DNA of 61,613 nucleotides, counting the filler, from Deltaproteobacteria bacterium (GTDB lineage: Bacteria; Myxococcota; JACRCW01), in the NCBI GenBank assembly GCA_016218805.1. It is 3 parts of 3 records of this genome, joined end to end, with 100 filler letters (N's around TTAATTAATTAA, not from the genome) between each part and the next. Parts side by side here need not be neighbours in the genome. Positions count along the whole stretch, not along the records: positions 21,281 to 47,278 come from JACRCW010000046.1; 2 more parts are not named here. The stretch is one strand, 5' to 3'. Shown piece after piece: positions 37,076-46,052 of the stretch; the stretch's first letter is position 1, and every line of letters starts with the position of its first letter. The notes beneath the pieces were generated by a model. It made no database searches. It was not told the DNA's origin and saw only the letters and a list, made by a program, of their open reading frames with translations. The position numbers and the translations under genes are program-made.

Positions 37076-37602
37076 AGGGGTGGATGCTGCTGCTGGGTGG
37101 CCTCTGGCTGGGCGGCTGCCGCCAGTTCACCGACGCCTCCGCCGAGAAGACGGTGCGTGCCTACAACGCGCGCGTGATTGAGGCGTACCGCTCCGCCGAC
37201 CCCGCGCTGGTGGAGCCGGTGGCCGGCCCGGACGAGGCCAAGAAGCTCACCGGCTCCATTGGGGTGAAGGTGGACCAGGGCATCACGCTGGACAGCGAAC
37301 TGCTGGAGCTCAGCGTCGATAGCGTGCGCCGCACCGACGAGCGGGTCACGGTGGTCACGCGCGAATCCTGGCGCTACCGGGACCGCCGCATTGGCACCGG
37401 CGAGCAGGTGGGCCAGTCCTCCCAGGACCGCTACCACATGGAGTACGACCTGCAGCGCGTGGACGGGACGTGGAAGGTGGTGGAGACGCGCTTTGCCAGC
37501 CCGCCGCAGGTTGGCCGCACGGAGGTTCCCAACCAGGCCCCGGCCGATGTTTTGCATGGCGTCATCAAACCCCCCCTGGCACCCGCGCCGGAGCCCAAGT
37601 GA
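37072..37602 (+). CDS. hypothetical lipoprotein between resB and ccsA
   Basis: Lipobox LGGC; 4-nt overlaps with both neighbours; V.T.E.W.Y..Y.L....WKV pattern suggests an NTF2-like fold. Confidence 0.8.
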   Translation: MKGWMLLLGGLWLGGCRQFTDASAEKTVRAYNARVIEAYRSADPALVEPVAGPDEAKKLTGSIGVKVDQGITLDSELLELSVDSVRRTDERVTVVTRESWRYRDRRIGTGEQVGQSSQDRYHMEYDLQRVDGTWKVVETRFASPPQVGRTEVPNQAPADVLHGVIKPPLAPAPEPK

Positions 37603-38426
37603 GCCGTTTTGCCCTGGAAGTGACCCTGCACTGGACCGCGGTGGGGCTCTACATCGTCGCCACGCTGTTCTTTGCGCTGGCCACGTTGCTTGACCGTCCC
37701 CACCGCACGCGCTGGGGCGTGTGGGCCGCGCTGGCCGGACTGGTTCCGCACAGCGCGGCCATTGTGGTGCGCTGGGTGGCCTCCGGGCACGGCCCGTACA
37801 TGCTGCGCCACGAAGTGCTGTCCTCCAACGCATGGGTGGCCGTGCTGGCGGTGGCGCTGTTCCTGTGGCGCCGCCCGGGCTGGTCCGCCATGGGCCTGGT
37901 GGTGGTGCCTGTGGCGTTCCTGGCCATGGCGGTGGGCGTGTTCACCAACCTGGAAATCCGTGAGCTGCCGCCCACGCTGCGCTCCGTCTGGCTCGTGTTC
38001 CACATCTCGTTTGCAAAGCTGTCCACGGGTGGCTTCCTGCTCTCGCTGGGATCCGCGGTGGTGTTGCTGTGGAAGGGCCGCGTGAGCCACCCGCAAGCCC
38101 TGCAGCGCCTCCCGGAGGCGGACGCACTGGATGCGTACATCGCACGTTTCGCGGGATTCGGGTTCGTGTTCTGGACCATTTCCATTGCGGCGGGATCCAT
38201 CTGGGCCAACCAGTCTTGGGGGCGGTACTGGGGCTGGGACCCCATTGAAACCTGGTCGCTGGTGACGTGGCTTTGCTACGGCAGCTTCCTGCACGCACGG
38301 CTGTTCTTCCGCCTGCGCGGGACCACGGCGGCCTGGGGCAGCGTGGCCTGCTTCAGCGTGGCGGTGCTGACCATCTTTGCGCTGCCGTTCTTGATGCCGT
38401 CCATCCATGCGGCGTATTTCCAGTGA
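37599..38426 (+). CDS. ccsA: cytochrome c biogenesis protein CcsA/ResC
   Basis: RW..SGH.P, LRSVWLVFHI, WWD domain GSIWANQSWGRYWGWDPIETWSLVTW, FLHAR. Confidence 0.95.
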   Translation: MSRFALEVTLHWTAVGLYIVATLFFALATLLDRPHRTRWGVWAALAGLVPHSAAIVVRWVASGHGPYMLRHEVLSSNAWVAVLAVALFLWRRPGWSAMGLVVVPVAFLAMAVGVFTNLEIRELPPTLRSVWLVFHISFAKLSTGGFLLSLGSAVVLLWKGRVSHPQALQRLPEADALDAYIARFAGFGFVFWTISIAAGSIWANQSWGRYWGWDPIETWSLVTWLCYGSFLHARLFFRLRGTTAAWGSVACFSVAVLTIFALPFLMPSIHAAYFQ

Positions 38427-38463
38427 TTCGCGCTAGACTGTCCGCGCAGAGGAAGGCCCCAGC

Positions 38464-39936
38464 ATGCGCAACCGCTTGAAGGTGATGATGGTGACGCCGC
38501 CCTACCACTCGGGCGTGGTGGAGAGCGCGGGCGTGTGGATGCCGCTGAACTTCACGTACCTGGCGGGGCATGCGCGGCGCGCGGGTGCGGAGGTGCGCAT
38601 TCTGGACGCCATGAGCCTGTTCCTCAGCCATGACCAGATCACGGCGGAGGTGGAGCGCTACAAGCCGGACGTGCTGTGCACCACGGCCATCACGGCCATG
38701 GAGCCGGACGCGCGGGAAGTGTGCCGCAACGCCAAGCGGGTGCATCCGCCGGTGATCACGGTGATGGGCAACGTGCACGCCACGTTCATGCACACCCAGC
38801 TCATCAATGAGGAGCCCGCGCTGGACATTGTGGTCCGCGGTGAGGGCGAAAAGACGATGGAGGACCTGGTCCACGCGCTGTCCGGCAAGGCGGGGCTGGG
38901 GAGCGTGGCCGGCATCACCTGGCGCAGCGGCGGCACCGCGGTGATCAACATGGCGCGGGACTTTGAGGAGGACCTGGATGGGCTGACGCCGGCGTGGGAC
39001 CTGCTGGATTGGAGCATCTACAAGTACCGCCCGCACCCGGAGGGGCAGCTGGCCATTGTGAGCAGTTCGCGCGGGTGCCGGCAGCGCTGCAGCTTCTGCA
39101 GCCAGCAGAAGTTCTGGGAGCGCACCTGGCGTGGCCGCCGGCCGGAGGCGGTGGTGGAGGAACTGGCGTTCCTGCGTAAGCATTACAACGTGCAGGTGGC
39201 CATGTTGTCAGATGAGACGCCCACGGTGAACCGCGCGCGCTGGGAGCGCCTGCTGGACCTGATGATTGAACGGAACACCGGCGTGGAGCTGCTGATGGAG
39301 ACGCGCGTGGATGACATCCTGCGCGACGAGGACATCCTGTACAAGTACGTCAAGGCGGGCGTCAGCCACGTCTACCTGGGCGTGGAGTCCACCAGCCAGG
39401 ACACGCTGGACCTGTACAAGAAGGACACCAAGGCGGCCCATGGAAAGCGCGCCATTGAGCTCATCAACCAGCACGGCATGGTGAGTGAGACCAGTTTTGT
39501 GCTGGGGACCCCCGGCGAAACGGTGGAATCCATCCGCCGCACCGTGGAGCTGGCGCAGTGGTACGGCCCGGACATGGCGTTCTTCCTGGCCATCACCCCG
39601 TGGCCGTACGCGGACCTGTATGAGGAACTCAAGTCCCACATCGCGGTGACGGATTACCGGCATTACAACCTGGTGGAACCGGTGGTGCAGCCGGACAAGA
39701 TGTCCCTGGCGGAGATGCAGCGCGAACTGCACCGCGCCACCGGCCACTTCTTCATGCACAAGTTCATGCACCTGGAGCAGCTGCCGCCGGCCAAGCAGGA
39801 CTTCATGATCCGCGTGCTGAAGCTGCTCATTGAGCACAGCTACCTGGGCAAGGAGATGCGCGAGATGGCCGGCCACGCCGCCATGCCGCCGCAGATCCGG
39901 GAGCTGCTCGGGAAACTGGGCCTTTCGCTTGGCTGA
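38464..39936 (+). CDS. cobalamin-binding radical SAM protein (class B methyltransferase/BchE-like)
   Basis: N-terminal B12-binding domain (GNVHAT, VVRGEGE), SSRGCRQRCSFC (CxxxCxxC), LGVES, FVLGTPGET. Confidence 0.93.
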   Translation: MRNRLKVMMVTPPYHSGVVESAGVWMPLNFTYLAGHARRAGAEVRILDAMSLFLSHDQITAEVERYKPDVLCTTAITAMEPDAREVCRNAKRVHPPVITVMGNVHATFMHTQLINEEPALDIVVRGEGEKTMEDLVHALSGKAGLGSVAGITWRSGGTAVINMARDFEEDLDGLTPAWDLLDWSIYKYRPHPEGQLAIVSSSRGCRQRCSFCSQQKFWERTWRGRRPEAVVEELAFLRKHYNVQVAMLSDETPTVNRARWERLLDLMIERNTGVELLMETRVDDILRDEDILYKYVKAGVSHVYLGVESTSQDTLDLYKKDTKAAHGKRAIELINQHGMVSETSFVLGTPGETVESIRRTVELAQWYGPDMAFFLAITPWPYADLYEELKSHIAVTDYRHYNLVEPVVQPDKMSLAEMQRELHRATGHFFMHKFMHLEQLPPAKQDFMIRVLKLLIEHSYLGKEMREMAGHAAMPPQIRELLGKLGLSLG

Positions 39937-40360
39937 GGGGCCGCGCCACCCGCGCGCCGCGTGGGTGCTGCTCGCCGCCGTGCTGCTGGGTGCGGTGGGC
40001 TGGGGCAGCTGGGCGCTGGCGCAGCGCGTGGCGTTTGTGCAGTACCCGGAGGACGAGGTGGCCTCCATCCGCTACGTGCACGCCTACCGCGGCCGCCCCG
40101 TCTGCCAGGCCTGCCACCCCGGCCGTGACCAGACCCTGGCCGCGCACCCCACGCGGCTGTGCACGCGCTGCCACGCCGCGCTGCATGACAGCCACCCCTA
40201 TGACATCCCCCAGCCACAACCCGAGCGCTGCCGCCTGCCGCTCCACGACGGCACCATCACCTGCCACACCTGCCATGACCCGCATGACACGCAGTCCCGG
40301 CGCGCGGGCCTGTGGCTGCCGTTCAATGAGCTGTGCCAGCGCTGCCACCCCGGCCACTGA
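39929..40360 (+). CDS. small tetraheme cytochrome c (doubled-CXXCH type)
   Basis: N-terminal hydrophobic segment; CQACH, CTRCH, CHTCHDPH, CQRCH; TTG start overlapping the radical SAM stop is an estimate. Confidence 0.85.
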   Translation: MAEGPRHPRAAWVLLAAVLLGAVGWGSWALAQRVAFVQYPEDEVASIRYVHAYRGRPVCQACHPGRDQTLAAHPTRLCTRCHAALHDSHPYDIPQPQPERCRLPLHDGTITCHTCHDPHDTQSRRAGLWLPFNELCQRCHPGH

Positions 40361-40560
40361 CCGCTGCAGGTTATGGCACCGCCGGGCACCTCACCGTCGA
40401 GGGCGCAGAGTCCGAGCACCTTGCAATTTTGGCGCGCAATGGCGGGGTATTGGGCTGGATTACGCAGTCTTTTCGGGCGTGCGCGTCTTGAGCGCCCGAC
40501 GAGAACGTGGCACTTTTCCCCGGCTTTTTCCTCCCGGTCCCGCGTTGCCAGTGACGGGAG

Positions 40561-42354
40561 ATGAGGTCCGGCATGAACGCTCCGCGTGGGTTGATGGGCA
40601 CGGCCGCATTCCGCCGCCTGGTGTGGGCGCTGTCCCTGGGCGTGCTGCTGGGCGGGGCGTGCCGGTGTCCCCGGTTTGTTGTGCCGGATGATGATGATGA
40701 CAACTGGGACGCTGGGATTGTCCCGTGGGACGCGGGGCCGGTGGTCCGTGACGGCGGCACGGGTGACGGCGGGGACGCGGGCGCGCTGGACGGTGGCGGG
40801 GACGGCGGGTTGCTGGATGGTGGCCCCGGGGACGCGGGTGATGGCGGGGATGCCGGTGACGCGGGTGACGCCGGGTGGGACGCGGGGATTCCTTCCCCGT
40901 GGCCGGCCGAATGCATGGATTGCCACGGCGGCCACGGCAACCCCGCCCCGCCGCGTGACGTCAACGATGGCGGGATGCCGTACCTGCGCGGGGTGGGCGC
41001 CCACCGCACGCACCTGAAGGTGACGCGCTATTTCCGCACCATTGCGTGCGGCGAGTGCCACGTGGTCCCCGCCACCATTGACGCGCCCGGGCACAACGAT
41101 ACGCCGCTGCCGGCGGAGCTGATCTGGGGGCCGGTTGCCAACGCGGCCGGGGTGGATTCGGCGTTTGACGGCGTCACCTGCAATACGTACTGCCACGGGC
41201 CCACGCTGCACGGTGGCACCCTGACCCAGCCCGAATGGACGGTCACCTACCCGCAGCAGACCTACTGCGGGAGCTGCCACGGCGTGCCGCCGCCGTCGCA
41301 CTCGGTGGACCCGGCCAATGGCTGTGGCTCCTGTCACCCGTTTGATCGTCTTACGCCCCTGGATGCGCAGCGCCACGTGGACGGCATCCTGGATGTGGAA
41401 GGCGGCGGCGCGTGCGGCAGCTGCCACGGGATCCCGCCCCCCACGCCGGGTCACCAGACCCACGCGCTGGGTGCGCCCATGATCTACAACGGGCTGGATA
41501 CGGCGGTGGATGCGGATGCCGGCACGTACATGTTCGGCTGCGGGTATTGCCACCCGCTGGATGTCAGCAACCACTTCAGCGGCGGCCTGGCGGACGTGGA
41601 GTTCTACAACCCGGCGGCGCCGCCGGACACCTGGAAGGCGCGCAATCCGGCCAGCGCGGCGTACACCCCGGGCAGCACGCAATTGCTGGATGACAAGTCC
41701 CGCCCGTGGACGGAGGGCACCTGCACCAACGTGTCCTGCCACAGCGGCCTGCAGACCTCCGCGCCCGCGGTCCCCGCACCCGGCCTGGACTTCCCCGTCA
41801 CGCTCCATGACGGCGGCACGTACTACCCGGTGACGTACCCGGCCTATGACGTCACGCGGACGCCGTTTGGCAAGCCGGCGCGGTGGGGCGGGACGCTGAG
41901 CTGCCAGGGTTGCCATGACTATCCACCGCGCACGGATGCGCCTGAGGCGGTGGGCGGGGCGGGCAGCAGCCACGCGTCCCGGGACCCCCTGGGTTACGAA
42001 AACCTGCACCTGTACAACCACGGCAATGAGCCGGTGCCGTGCCGGGCGTGCCACTTTGATACCGTCAAGGAGAAGGGCGGCTGGACCCGGGACGCCCAGG
42101 ACGTCACCACGCTGGATGACATTGCCATTGCGGATGTGACCCGCCACATCAACGGCCAGCCGGACGTGGCGCTCAACGCCGCGGAGGTGGTGACGCTGTT
42201 TGGCAAGCCGTTCTCGCTGGCGGATGCGGGTTATGACCCCGCCACGCAGACCTGCTCCAACGTGGCCTGTCACCTGCAGCAGACGGTGGTGAAGTGGGGT
42301 TCGCCGTACCGCTGGGACAACCAGTGGGAATGCAACGTGTGCCACCAGTACTGA
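40561..42354 (+). CDS. lipoprotein multiheme cytochrome c (9 CxxCH, 1 CxxxCH, 2 CxxxxCH)
   Basis: Lipobox LGGAC, DAG/DGG low-complexity linker, heme motifs including CNTYCH, CTNVSCH, CSNVACH (Geobacter-type CxxxxCH..CxxCH domains). Confidence 0.92.
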   Translation: MRSGMNAPRGLMGTAAFRRLVWALSLGVLLGGACRCPRFVVPDDDDDNWDAGIVPWDAGPVVRDGGTGDGGDAGALDGGGDGGLLDGGPGDAGDGGDAGDAGDAGWDAGIPSPWPAECMDCHGGHGNPAPPRDVNDGGMPYLRGVGAHRTHLKVTRYFRTIACGECHVVPATIDAPGHNDTPLPAELIWGPVANAAGVDSAFDGVTCNTYCHGPTLHGGTLTQPEWTVTYPQQTYCGSCHGVPPPSHSVDPANGCGSCHPFDRLTPLDAQRHVDGILDVEGGGACGSCHGIPPPTPGHQTHALGAPMIYNGLDTAVDADAGTYMFGCGYCHPLDVSNHFSGGLADVEFYNPAAPPDTWKARNPASAAYTPGSTQLLDDKSRPWTEGTCTNVSCHSGLQTSAPAVPAPGLDFPVTLHDGGTYYPVTYPAYDVTRTPFGKPARWGGTLSCQGCHDYPPRTDAPEAVGGAGSSHASRDPLGYENLHLYNHGNEPVPCRACHFDTVKEKGGWTRDAQDVTTLDDIAIADVTRHINGQPDVALNAAEVVTLFGKPFSLADAGYDPATQTCSNVACHLQQTVVKWGSPYRWDNQWECNVCHQY

Positions 42355-42548
42355 CGGCGACGCCCGCTCGGTTCGGGGGCGGATGCACGCCCGGGGAATG
42401 CAGGGGACGCCTCCCCCGGGTCGGGTTGGGCTTTTAGGGGGTGGCCGCGGGAAGCCCACCGCGGCGGGTACAGGCCCCGCCGCTACGACGTCAAACGCGC
42501 GCTCCGGATGGCCGCAACGGTCCGGCTTGCTCAATTCCAGCTTCCGGC

Positions 42549-42601
42549 TGTTACATATGTCATACATATGTCGCTGGCGCATATGTAATACATACGTAAC
42601 A
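42549..42601. repeat. AT-rich 53-bp imperfect inverted repeat
   Basis: TGTTACATATGTCATACATATG-TCGCTGGCG-CATATGTAATACATACGTAACA; arms match at 19/22 positions. Confidence 0.85.
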
Positions 42602-42828
42602 CCAAGAAGGACACCCGCTTTTCACGCGCCTCCACCCGCCGCGTGACCCGCGGTCACCCCCTCCCCAGCCCAACGCCGGCCACGCCTGCCGCGGTGGGCG
42701 GTTGTTGCCGCGGCGATGCCGGGCCGGTGCGGGAACTGGGCCCACCGGGTGTGGAATCCGGCAACGTTCGCGAATGGGAACCGCGTGCTTTGCAGCAGTT
42801 ACCGGAAGGATGAATCCGGTGAATTGCG

Positions 42829-43680
42829 CTACTTCACCACCACCGCGTCTTCAACAATGACTTGGTAGGAGTACCCGGCACCAAAGTCCTTGTCGACGGC
42901 CACCTTGCCCTTCAGGGTGACCACCTGGCCCATCTTGGCGTCGTCGGTGCCCATGGTGAACGTGAGATCATGCGTGTTCTTGTCCGGTGCGCCGCTGCCG
43001 TCGCGCACGTGCACCCAGGTCTTGCCCATGATGCCGCTGAGCGCCTTCACCACGGTGCCGCGCACCACCACTTCCTTGTCCTTCAACGCCGCGCGCTGCT
43101 CCCACACCTCGCCCACCGAACGCCCGTTGGGACCGGCGGCCTTTTCGGACTTCTCCACCTTCACTTCGGCTGCGGGGGCAGCGCCGTGGCCACCGGGTCC
43201 AGCGCCGGCCGCGGGTGCGGCCGCAGCGACCGGGGCCGGTGCGGGGGCGGCAGCAGCCGCCTGGGCCGTCTTTTCCTCCGGAGACCCTGCCAACACGCCA
43301 AAATACACCAGCTCAAAGGTCCGCTTGAGGCTCTTGGATTCAAAGTTCTGCATGGGCATGGCGTTGGGCAGGGACACTTCGGCACCGGGCTTGAGGTCAT
43401 TCTGCGGGACGGCGGCCCACACCTCGCCCTTGTCCGTGGCCAGCTTCAAGTAGGTGTACGGGGGGGCCTCCAGCCGCTCCACAATCTTCCCCTTGAGCAC
43501 GTTGGCGGGTGCGGTGGGCACCGCGGGGTTGGCCGCCGGGTTGGCCGCAGGGGCCTGCGCCTGGGCCGCGCCCCAGTTGGGGGCGGTGCCGGGCGTGGAG
43601 GCCGGCGCCGTGGGTGAGGCGTCCTTCTTGTCACAGGCCAGCAGCGCAAGGGCCGCGAACAGCACAACACTGAAACGCAT
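42829..43680 (-). CDS. NrfJ-like lipoprotein with C-terminal OB-fold
   Basis: Lipobox LLAC; G.IVE....PYTY....VWAAVP...M.NF.SK.L.RTF..VYF and V.G.VVK...IMGK.W.H..DG...DKDFGAGY.Y. Family recalled from memory, not searched. Confidence 0.75.
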   Translation of the reverse strand: MRFSVVLFAALALLACDKKDASPTAPASTPGTAPNWGAAQAQAPAANPAANPAVPTAPANVLKGKIVERLEAPPYTYLKLATDKGEVWAAVPQNDLKPGAEVSLPNAMPMQNFESKSLKRTFELVYFGVLAGSPEEKTAQAAAAAPAPAPVAAAAPAAGAGPGGHGAAPAAEVKVEKSEKAAGPNGRSVGEVWEQRAALKDKEVVVRGTVVKALSGIMGKTWVHVRDGSGAPDKNTHDLTFTMGTDDAKMGQVVTLKGKVAVDKDFGAGYSYQVIVEDAVVVK

Positions 43681-43819
43681 GGAACCACCTCCGAGATGCG
43701 GTCACGTCCTGACCGAAGGCCGCGGACCATAATCCCTCACCCCGCCCTTGGCGACGCGAAAGACTTGCATTCTACGAGGAGAAACCGCTCTGGAACGCAG
43801 AGCGCGCGCGAGGCCGCGG

Positions 43820-44068
43820 TCAGGGTCCCGATGGCGGTGCCCGGCGGGGCGCCAGCCGCACCAGGGCCTGTCCCGCGGCCCACAGCACCAGCGCGACGCC
43901 ACCCACCGCCCAACCGGCCTGACGCACCGGTTCAAACCGCAGCAACGCTCCCGCCGTCACCAGCATGCCGGCGGCCAGGGCGAGCAGGAACCCCAGCCGG
44001 ACGGGCCGGTTCCCGTCCCAGATGAAATGGACCGGGCAACCGCTCTCCCGGCGTGCGCTGTCAGCCAT
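43820..44068 (-). CDS. small two-TM membrane protein
   Basis: LGFLLALAAGMLVTAGALL and WAVGGVALVLWAAGQALV segments; start uncertain. Confidence 0.4.
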   Translation of the reverse strand: MADSARRESGCPVHFIWDGNRPVRLGFLLALAAGMLVTAGALLRFEPVRQAGWAVGGVALVLWAAGQALVRLAPRRAPPSGP

Positions 44069-44808
44069 TCCGGCAGATGTAACGCGAGTGGACGTGCTGC
44101 GCCATGTCCCCGTCAGCGCTGCGGAGATTGCGTGGAAGTCGGCCTGACGCGTGGCGCGGAGACAGCAGATGCGGCCCTTGGCTCGCGGGTGCAACGGCGG
44201 CCTGCCCGGTACGCTCCAGATGGCGCGCGATCTCCTCTCGTCATCGATGAGGGCGATTCGCGAATCGTCCGCACGTATTGATCGCGTCGACCAATTCCGC
44301 GGTCGGGTACCCGGCAGGCCGGCTCGCCGGCGGCGGGCAGGTGTAATGTTTACGATACGGGTGGGTGACCGGCACCCCCTTGCGCCCCGGCGATGCGACT
44401 TTGGCGTGGCCCCCCCAAGCCCTGAGCAACGGGCCCCGCGGGTTCCCCAGGACGCGCGGTGAGGATCCCGCCGTTGACGCCCCGCAGGCAGACGCTTCCC
44501 CGTCGCGGGTTGTCCGTCCGGTGGTTTGTAGCGAGTGGCGAGTTTCCTCGCGCTGTCGCCGCCCACCAGCGGGACTGCCACCGCTGGCTCGCGATACCGC
44601 GGTACGTAGACGGTGAAGTTGCGGTTGAGCGGCGAGCATGACGACGACCGCAGCGAACATCCCGCTGCACCGCGGCGTTCATCCCCGCGGGCATGCCGGG
44701 AGGATAGGCGCGGGGCTTGGGCTTGCCGTTGTGCATCAACGGTGAAAGAAGACCGTGCGCAACATCTCGCGCACCGAGTCAAAGGAGCAGCAACACCACG
44801 GGTGACTC

Positions 44809-45222
44809 ATGCGCGCCGAACAGGACCACGTCGTCAAACGGTATCAAGATCTCCGTCGACACGAGGCAGGCGTGCCCACGTTACGCCCAACGCTGAAGTT
44901 CCTTGAGGAGATAGGTGGGCTCGTCCTATCGCCGCCGCCCGCCCTGGCGACTCAACTCGCGAAGCTCAACGAGGAGGAGGCAAGAGAGCGCCAGATCCGC
45001 GCCTTACTCGCTGACTATGTTCGTGAGTTCTCCGAAGCGGAACTCCATGCGTCTGCGGCCCGCCGCCACCGAAAACGGCAGTTGATCGATCAGCAGGAAC
45101 TGGCCGCAAGAACCGTGACGGCGCTCCACCTGCCCGGGTTTCTCGCTGCGCATCCGACCATCATCAAGCACCATCGGGCTCTACTTGTGGATACTTGCCT
45201 GCTGGTATTTCACAACGCGTAA
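44809..45222 (+). CDS. hypothetical protein, lower GC, probably foreign or partly decayed
   Basis: 137-aa helical-looking ORF with atypical codon usage; the upstream in-frame sequence is interrupted by a TGA just before the ATG. Confidence 0.5.
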   Translation: MRAEQDHVVKRYQDLRRHEAGVPTLRPTLKFLEEIGGLVLSPPPALATQLAKLNEEEARERQIRALLADYVREFSEAELHASAARRHRKRQLIDQQELAARTVTALHLPGFLAAHPTIIKHHRALLVDTCLLVFHNA

Positions 45223-45340
45223 TTTGGGCTGCTCGAATCACTTGATTCCGCGCTCGTCTATGAGCGGAGAGCCATACTTGTCGCGGCAAGAGATCTGGCA
45301 TCTCACCTGCGTCGGAACGAGGATAGATTTGCGGTACCCT

Positions 45341-45387
45341 CGGTGGACACCCAAAAGCGGCCATAGCTGGACACCTGAAAACCAGTA
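45341..45387. mobile_element. remnant IS21-family-like terminal repeat array
   Basis: TGGACACCCAAAAGCGGCCA and TGGACACCTGAAAACCAGTA at 24-bp spacing, the repeated transposase-binding-site pattern of IS21 ends; no istAB present. Confidence 0.55.
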
Positions 45388-45476
45388 GGCGTTTGGCGCG
45401 GCATGCACGGGTGAGGCTCGGCCATGCCGCGCTAAACGGCGGGTTGAACCAAGCGGCGCGAGCGGCACGGGCGCTG

Positions 45477-46049
45477 CTATTGGGCAAAGAGGTACAGCGA
45501 AAGCCCGCCGCTGGAGATGATGCAGTGGACGTGGGGGTGGAAGCTGAGGTCTCGCGTCCAGGTGTGGAGGATGGCGGTGATTGCGGGTTGCGCACCGAGT
45601 CGCTTGGGGTCCGCGGCGAGGGCGAGCAGCGTCTGGGACACGGCTTCGACCAGGATGGCGAAGAAGGCACTGCGGTTATGGAGTGCCACAGAGCGCAGCT
45701 GCTCAGGCACGGTGAACACGACGTGGAAGTACGGCGTGGGCAGCAGGCGCTGTCCGCGTTGTTCGATCCAGCGGTGCTGTTTGAGGGCGTTGCAAGCAGG
45801 ACAGTGGCGGTTGCGGCAGGAGTTGAAGGCGGTGCGTTGGAAGCCGCAGTGAAGGCACACGTCGACGTGCCCGCCCAGGACCGGTGTCCGGCAGGCAGCA
45901 ATGTCCCGCAGCGCCCTGCGCTCGACGACGGTCAGCGCGTGGCCTGCCTGATACAGCCCGCCGTGGGCACGGAAGATGTCTCCAATGCCCAGACGGGGCC
46001 GCCCCGCTCCCAGGGGTGCCGGGAGCGGGGACGGCTCATGGGAGTGCAT
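45477..46049 (-). pseudogene. IS91-family (HUH Y2) transposase, 3' truncated
   Basis: Zn-binding CRT..LGGH...C..CG...NSCRNRHCP.C, YFHVVFTVP, LHTW..L.FHPHVHCI..GGLS then a premature stop; catalytic YxxxY region absent. Confidence 0.9.
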
Positions 46050-46052
46050 CGC

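Noticed and set aside
40600..40660. Possible Tat signal (FRRLVW) on the lipoprotein cytochrome
   Set aside because: Poor match to S/T-RRxFLK; c-type apocytochromes are exported unfolded by Sec, and the lipobox explains the N-terminus.
45390..45480. Integron attC site next to the tyrosine recombinase
   Set aside because: No clear RYYYAAC..GTTRRRY pair with extrahelical bases, and the integrase lacks the IntI-specific insertion; it is the type paired with IS91 transposases.
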